52,390 bases of DNA from a virus (lineage: Duplodnaviria > Caudoviricetes). Positions 47,509 through 52,390 of this stretch are shown here, in pieces (the first letter of the stretch is position 1; the number at the start of each line of letters is the position of its first letter). Position numbers and translations under genes: made by a program. The notes under the pieces are model-generated. The model was given only the letters and a program-made list of their open reading frames with translations. It was not told the DNA's origin and ran no database searches. The stretch lies in the IMG/VR virus record IMGVR_UViG_3300033143_006241, positions 1 to 52,390 of that record; one strand, 5' to 3'.

Positions 47509-47965
47509 AGTGGTGCTCCTGGTCTCTTCTTGATAACTCTTTTTTTAATCCATTACAATAAACTTCAATATATTTATCTATATTATCTAACAACATAAGT
47601 TCTGTTGAAATAACTTGAAACTGTTCACTTTTCTTTTCCAACTCAGGAGAAGCACCAATAGCTAAAAACCTTCTTTCAGCCTTGGTTCCTTTATTTAACC
47701 CAGTAGAAGCAATAAATGTAGCAATACCTATTTCTATATCACGATCCAAAATAGCCTTTCTAATTCTTAATTTATTTATTTCTAATATCACATATATGAG
47801 GTATTGTGACAACGCCACTATAAACTTTGTAATATCACTATCATCAATAGTATCTAACTCATTAACATTAAATGATAAAGCTTTATCTATAATACTTTGG
47901 CTAGGTTTTATTTTTCCCATACCTACTCTATCTAACGTATTATTTATTATACTATCTGTTTCCAT
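47495..47965 (-). CDS. hypothetical helical protein
   Basis: 156-aa ORF between the ligase and helicase genes. Confidence 0.6.
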   Translation of the reverse strand: METDSIINNTLDRVGMGKIKPSQSIIDKALSFNVNELDTIDDSDITKFIVALSQYLIYVILEINKLRIRKAILDRDIEIGIATFIASTGLNKGTKAERRFLAIGASPELEKKSEQFQVISTELMLLDNIDKYIEVYCNGLKKELSRRDQEHHFEAR

Positions 47966-49204
47966 TTAGTCACCATCTTTATCTTTTCTTAAACTACAAA
48001 ATCTTGGAAACCTTAAGCTTCCATCTTTTGTTACACTGTCTGCTTCAACTTCAATTACTACACCTAACATTTTTTCTTTGTTTTCCCAAAATTCTTTTTT
48101 TTGTTTATCTGACATTTTACCAGGTCCCACATTAACTATTATACCATTGAAATTAACAACAAATGAACCAAGAGAATTTTCATTTTTTCCTGTTCCTTCA
48201 ATACAATCTACAACAGTTAAATCATAAGTTTCTGTAGGTTTCATTTTTAACCACGTTCTTCTTTTTTCATAACAAGACAAAAATTCTTTCAAAACAATAC
48301 CCTCATACCCCATATCTAAACAATAACTATAAAAATGTAAAACATCTTCTTCATTATCCATCATCGTATGCGGAATTAATTTTATCCAATCTGAATTAAA
48401 AGAAGATAGAATATCCAATAACCTACTATATCTTTTAAATACTGGATCACTACTACTATCAACAGATTCCCATTCTGTAAGATAAATTGAATCCATTATA
48501 TTGTATTTTAAACCAGAACGATCTTGATTATATTTTCTACTTATTTTCATAGAATCGTTCCAATCACTACCCATTAACTCCCCATCAAACACCAAATTAG
48601 TTTTTCCACAATAATCATTAAGAACATTTGATATCTCTGGAAAATACAACTCTCTACCGTTTCTAGAAAATAAACGATAATTGTCTCTTTGAGGAATTGC
48701 TATACATCGTAATCCGTCAAGCTTTGGAGAAACCAAATATCTCCCCCTTGGTATATCATTTATAAGAGTGCATAATTGAACATCGAACTCTGGGATAAGT
48801 TTTGGAATAGCCTTGTTTATTGTTTTAGCGGCCATTCCAATTCTTAAATCCTTTTTTAAAACGAGAAGACAAAGTTCAGCAATATCTTTACGTAATTCAG
48901 ATAAGATATCAACTAATTCATCTAAATCAGAGTTAGAACATCCTATTTTATCTATTTGACATTCTAAAAATAATATAAACCTATCTATATCTAGTCTAAA
49001 ACCTGATCCAACCATCTTATTTTGTTTTAATTTTTTTAAGGAAGCACTACCTATATTAAAAACCTTATAAGGATCATAAGTAACATTTAAAATATACTTG
49101 ATAGACTGTAATGTCGGTTCTTTTACATTTTTTAAAATATTAATCTTTTTGTTTGTAGATCTTGTACTTGAAACCTCATTTAAAATATTTAAAATATTAT
49201 CCAT
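47966..49204 (-). CDS. ATP-dependent DNA ligase
   Basis: PKLDGLR (motif I), FDGE, EG.VLK, W.K.KP, SLRFPRF...R.DK; GGAG RBS supports ATG 49204. Confidence 0.93.
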   Translation of the reverse strand: MDNILNILNEVSSTRSTNKKINILKNVKEPTLQSIKYILNVTYDPYKVFNIGSASLKKLKQNKMVGSGFRLDIDRFILFLECQIDKIGCSNSDLDELVDILSELRKDIAELCLLVLKKDLRIGMAAKTINKAIPKLIPEFDVQLCTLINDIPRGRYLVSPKLDGLRCIAIPQRDNYRLFSRNGRELYFPEISNVLNDYCGKTNLVFDGELMGSDWNDSMKISRKYNQDRSGLKYNIMDSIYLTEWESVDSSSDPVFKRYSRLLDILSSFNSDWIKLIPHTMMDNEEDVLHFYSYCLDMGYEGIVLKEFLSCYEKRRTWLKMKPTETYDLTVVDCIEGTGKNENSLGSFVVNFNGIIVNVGPGKMSDKQKKEFWENKEKMLGVVIEVEADSVTKDGSLRFPRFCSLRKDKDGD

Positions 49205-49274
49205 GTTTATTTCTCCAATTTGGAACGAATAACAAGAATTGAATAAGCTACACACCGTAATTTGACTTTAACCA

Positions 49275-49291
49275 TGCAATAACTATGCCAA
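49275..49291 (-). promoter_or_regulatory. sigma-54-type promoter upstream of the ligase-helicase-primase genes
   Basis: TTGGCATAGTTATTGCA. Confidence 0.85.
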
Positions 49292-49295
49292 AATA

Positions 49296-49523
49296 TTACA
49301 CTGCTTTATCTAATTCTAAATCTTCTTTGTTCTTTACTTTGTTACCAGTACATAAAAACTCATAAACCTCTTCACCGTCTGGCATTACAATTTTTACATA
49401 TTTTGATATCATACCAGTCTGTTTACACTGAAAAGATAAATCACAAAACTTTTCTTCCCCAAGGATTGTCCCGTCTTTAAGAGGTATAAAACTGGGACAA
49501 GATTTAACTAAAATTAATGACAT
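49296..49523 (-). CDS. hypothetical protein
   Basis: 75-aa ORF with an AAGGAG RBS. Confidence 0.6.
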   Translation of the reverse strand: MSLILVKSCPSFIPLKDGTILGEEKFCDLSFQCKQTGMISKYVKIVMPDGEEVYEFLCTGNKVKNKEDLELDKAV

Positions 49524-49854
49524 TATATATTTTCTCCTTCACATATTTTGATGTTAAACTTTTCTCTTCATCATAAAAAAATATAACTAAAGTATAATTA
49601 TTTTTAGAAGCATAAAATATTTTTGTTCTATCTCTTGTTTTTTGTTTATTAAATCCAATCATATCTCCGTGATAATGCTTAACAAATCTCACATGTTGTT
49701 CTCCATGACACTCTATCAAAACATTTAACTCTTTAACAAAAAAATCATAAAAATATTTATTATTTTCTACATTAACATAGAACTGTTTTTCTATTCTAAA
49801 ATATGGAAAACTTTCTTTCAAACATTCAAACATTTTATCTTCGAAGTTACTCAC
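49504..49854 (-). CDS. Vsr/DUF559-like endonuclease
   Basis: S.FE, YDF......LIE.HG.QH, RD..K. Confidence 0.75.
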   Translation of the reverse strand: MSNFEDKMFECLKESFPYFRIEKQFYVNVENNKYFYDFFVKELNVLIECHGEQHVRFVKHYHGDMIGFNKQKTRDRTKIFYASKNNYTLVIFFYDEEKSLTSKYVKEKIYNVINFS

Positions 49855-50974
49855 TTGTTATCTCACCAGTTTCTTCATTAATTACTTCTTTTTCACCATA
49901 TACAGGATTTAAATACTCTTCTACAATTTGGCCATAGTTATGTTCATGTATTCCAAACAACATCAATACTTTATTTAATAATTCATTAAGAATCTTCCTG
50001 TCTTCAACTAAAAGCGTATGAAGTTTATTCTCTCCTTGTGCCATGGATTTTCCATCATAAGAATACCATGCACCATTTAATTCTAATATCCCTATATCTG
50101 TCGCTATCCCTATTAAATCCCTAACTATATCAAAACCTTTCCCAAAAATTAAATGGGTATTAAAAATAGACATTGGTCTAGCAAGTCTGTTTTTTGTTAT
50201 AGTAACTTTAACTTTCTGTCCTATAAGGTTTCCTTGACTATCTATTATTTGATTACTTTTAGCCTGAGAACCAAACAATTTAATTTTACATGATGGAAAA
50301 AATTCTACTGCTTTTCCACATGTTGTTTTTAAAACAGGACCTGTATGTGAACGTTGACTTGCTGCAATATCAACCCTCTGCTGATTTATTAAAACAAGTG
50401 TGGTACCAGTAGCTCTTAACAACGAGTTTATCTTTTGTAAAAATCTTCCAACAAGTGTAGCTTTTGCACCTATTTTTGAATTATCAGATAATGATTTAGA
50501 ATCTTCAATTTCTGGCAATAAAGTAGCTAAACTATCTATTACCGCGATAGAAATTATATCAGATTTAATTAATGACTCACAGCCTTCTAGCAAAACTTCT
50601 CCAATAGAATGTCTTTGATAAATTAATTTTTCTGGATCAATATGCATTCCTTGAAACAAAGATTCTTCCATCGCAGTCTCTGCATCACAAAATAAAGGTA
50701 AACCGGCCTCTTGCTGTACGTATCTAAGCGCACTCGTAGCCAAAGTAGTCTTACCAGACGAATAATTACCAGATATTTCATACATTCTTCCAGATGCAAG
50801 CCCGCCTATACCAGTAGCTATATCTACAGCTAAACTTCCAGTATGTCTAACTTTATAAGAAAGATCAAAGTCTTTAAGTCTTCCTGCTACAGGTATTCCA
50901 ATCTTTTTATTTAAAGCACTTATAATAGCATCTATATCTTGAACATTATTACTAACTATTTTTTTCTTTGCCAT
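49847..50974 (-). CDS. recA: RecA recombinase
   Basis: TGSL..D.A.GIGG...GR..EI.G..SSGKTT, DAE, IDS, INQ.R, G.A..F, KN. Confidence 0.93.
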   Translation of the reverse strand: MAKKKIVSNNVQDIDAIISALNKKIGIPVAGRLKDFDLSYKVRHTGSLAVDIATGIGGLASGRMYEISGNYSSGKTTLATSALRYVQQEAGLPLFCDAETAMEESLFQGMHIDPEKLIYQRHSIGEVLLEGCESLIKSDIISIAVIDSLATLLPEIEDSKSLSDNSKIGAKATLVGRFLQKINSLLRATGTTLVLINQQRVDIAASQRSHTGPVLKTTCGKAVEFFPSCKIKLFGSQAKSNQIIDSQGNLIGQKVKVTITKNRLARPMSIFNTHLIFGKGFDIVRDLIGIATDIGILELNGAWYSYDGKSMAQGENKLHTLLVEDRKILNELLNKVLMLFGIHEHNYGQIVEEYLNPVYGEKEVINEETGEITSE

Positions 50975-51497
50975 GGGCATCTCCTAACATATTTATCAAA
51001 TCTAATTTAATTTTCTCTACATCTAAAGATTCATGTGTAAAATTTTCATATTCTCTGTTTAATAAGTCCCAGTCCTTTTGTGTATAACCTGTCCTTTCTC
51101 TTATCCCTTTACCATCTAATTTGGCACATTTTTCTATTACCCAATAATTTTTTTCAGCCGCGAAAATTTTTAATGAGTCAACTCTATAATATTTTTCAAA
51201 TAAATCAAGATTATTAAATACAGTATCGACAACATATTTACATTGTGATATTGCTAACTTATCTTTTGGATTATTATCCTGTGACATTTGTTTAATAAAC
51301 GTTTTAGCAAATGCAAATTCAACTTTCCACAATATTGATTCATAAGGTATATCATAAACTATTCTTGCCAAACTAAAAAAGTACTTCGTTAATTCCACAC
51401 AGTCTTTAGGTAGCTTATCAATATCATAAAGTTTATATACATAATAGCTATGTTTTTCTAAAAAATCAATACACATTTTTTCATTTAAAAATAGCAT
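50952..51497 (-). CDS. hypothetical protein
   Basis: 181-aa ORF tiled between dnaN and recA. Confidence 0.6.
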   Translation of the reverse strand: MLFLNEKMCIDFLEKHSYYVYKLYDIDKLPKDCVELTKYFFSLARIVYDIPYESILWKVEFAFAKTFIKQMSQDNNPKDKLAISQCKYVVDTVFNNLDLFEKYYRVDSLKIFAAEKNYWVIEKCAKLDGKGIRERTGYTQKDWDLLNREYENFTHESLDVEKIKLDLINMLGDAHGKEKNS

Positions 51498-51499
51498 AG

Positions 51500-52390
51500 C
51501 TAAACCTTTAATAAAGCTAAAAATGCTAATTTATTATTTTCCTCATTGCTAATTTTTATAGCATTTTCTCCAAATTGTAAAACAACATCTTTACTTTTGA
51601 AAAAAGAACAAAGGCTATATAAAAAAAGCACATTCATAAAAGCCACAACAGGTTTGCTATCATTTATTGTATTATTAATTTTACAAGAAGTATTAAACCC
51701 TGTAGAAGATACCAATAATGTATTGTTTGCTAGTTTAATTTCTATTTTATTATCTTGTTCTTCTTTACCTGCGATACTTGCTCCACGGAGAATATTTGTA
51801 AAATCATTATAATCTACAGATATAGTCGATCCTGAAAAATCAAACAACCCACGCAACGAAGGAAACTCTACATTTAATTTTGAAGAATAAATGACAACAT
51901 TACCAAAATCGCATACAAAATAAGTAGAAGAATAACAAACATCTGCATTTTTATTTAATACAGAGGCTATATTAGATATAGCTCTTGCTGTATGGGATGG
52001 AACTACAACAGAATAATTAGATTCTTGATCACAGACAGTGTCGTATATACAACACCTTACACCATCTGTACCAGCCAAACGAAGTATTTTATCTTTAGTT
52101 TCTATAAGAACTCCTGTAATTTGAGATGAATATTTTTCAGAATTAACAGAACCTGTAGCAACAAAACTCATCCCATCTTTCATTGTCTCTGGTGTTACTG
52201 TTGCTATCTTATTGAAATTTTTAGCTCTTATCTTAGCTGTAGTTTTATCCAGATATTCCAAAGATACTTTGTTCTCAATATTATTTTTAGTATCATTAAT
52301 TATTTCTAAAGTTGTATCTTTTATCAACAAAGAACAAATACCTTCTTTTTCAAAACCTTTAAGGTAGTTTACATATTCTATCAGTTTTTT
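51500..52390 (-). CDS. dnaN: DNA polymerase III beta sliding clamp-like protein (5' truncated)
   Basis: TGVL....LRLAGTDGVR, VVVP, S.....FP, F.N..FL; the frame is open to the window end. Confidence 0.8.
   Translation of the reverse strand, partial: KKLIEYVNYLKGFEKEGICSLLIKDTTLEIINDTKNNIENKVSLEYLDKTTAKIRAKNFNKIATVTPETMKDGMSFVATGSVNSEKYSSQITGVLIETKDKILRLAGTDGVRCCIYDTVCDQESNYSVVVPSHTARAISNIASVLNKNADVCYSSTYFVCDFGNVVIYSSKLNVEFPSLRGLFDFSGSTISVDYNDFTNILRGASIAGKEEQDNKIEIKLANNTLLVSSTGFNTSCKINNTINDSKPVVAFMNVLFLYSLCSFFKSKDVVLQFGENAIKISNEENNKLAFLALLKV

Noticed and set aside
3263-51812. Short plus-strand ORFs from the track (e.g. 3263, 5050, 11323, 37936, 47682, 51546)
   Set aside because: They are antisense shadows of well-supported minus-strand genes and have no recognisable motifs

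Overview
An AT-rich, gene-dense segment that is almost all on the minus strand from 2305 onward. It reads as part of a large (jumbo-type) bacteriophage genome or a similar large mobile replicon; no structural genes are in view, so that assignment is inferred. It carries a bacterial-style replisome and recombination set: a beta clamp (truncated by the window end), RecA, ATP-dependent ligase, DnaB, primase, SSB, a RecB-like exonuclease, DnaX, a family A polymerase with two inteins, dUTPase, UDG and a Rad52-like protein. It also has proteostasis genes (tmRNA, a single-AAA Clp ATPase, DnaJ, a cold-shock protein, YqeY), a putative type II R-M pair, an M15A peptidase, and an ~18 kb nucleotide-sugar/glycosyltransferase island with several decayed gene remnants. 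The most striking unannotated signal is 11 copies of a sigma-54 (-24/-12) promoter motif, (T)TGGYAY-N5-TTGCAT. Ten lie just upstream of a correctly oriented gene (including the tmRNA); the eleventh requires a revised start codon. No RpoN or enhancer-binding protein is visible in the window. Also notable are a tmRNA with a non-canonical tag ending near an atypical Clp ATPase, and an intein inside a glycosyltransferase.
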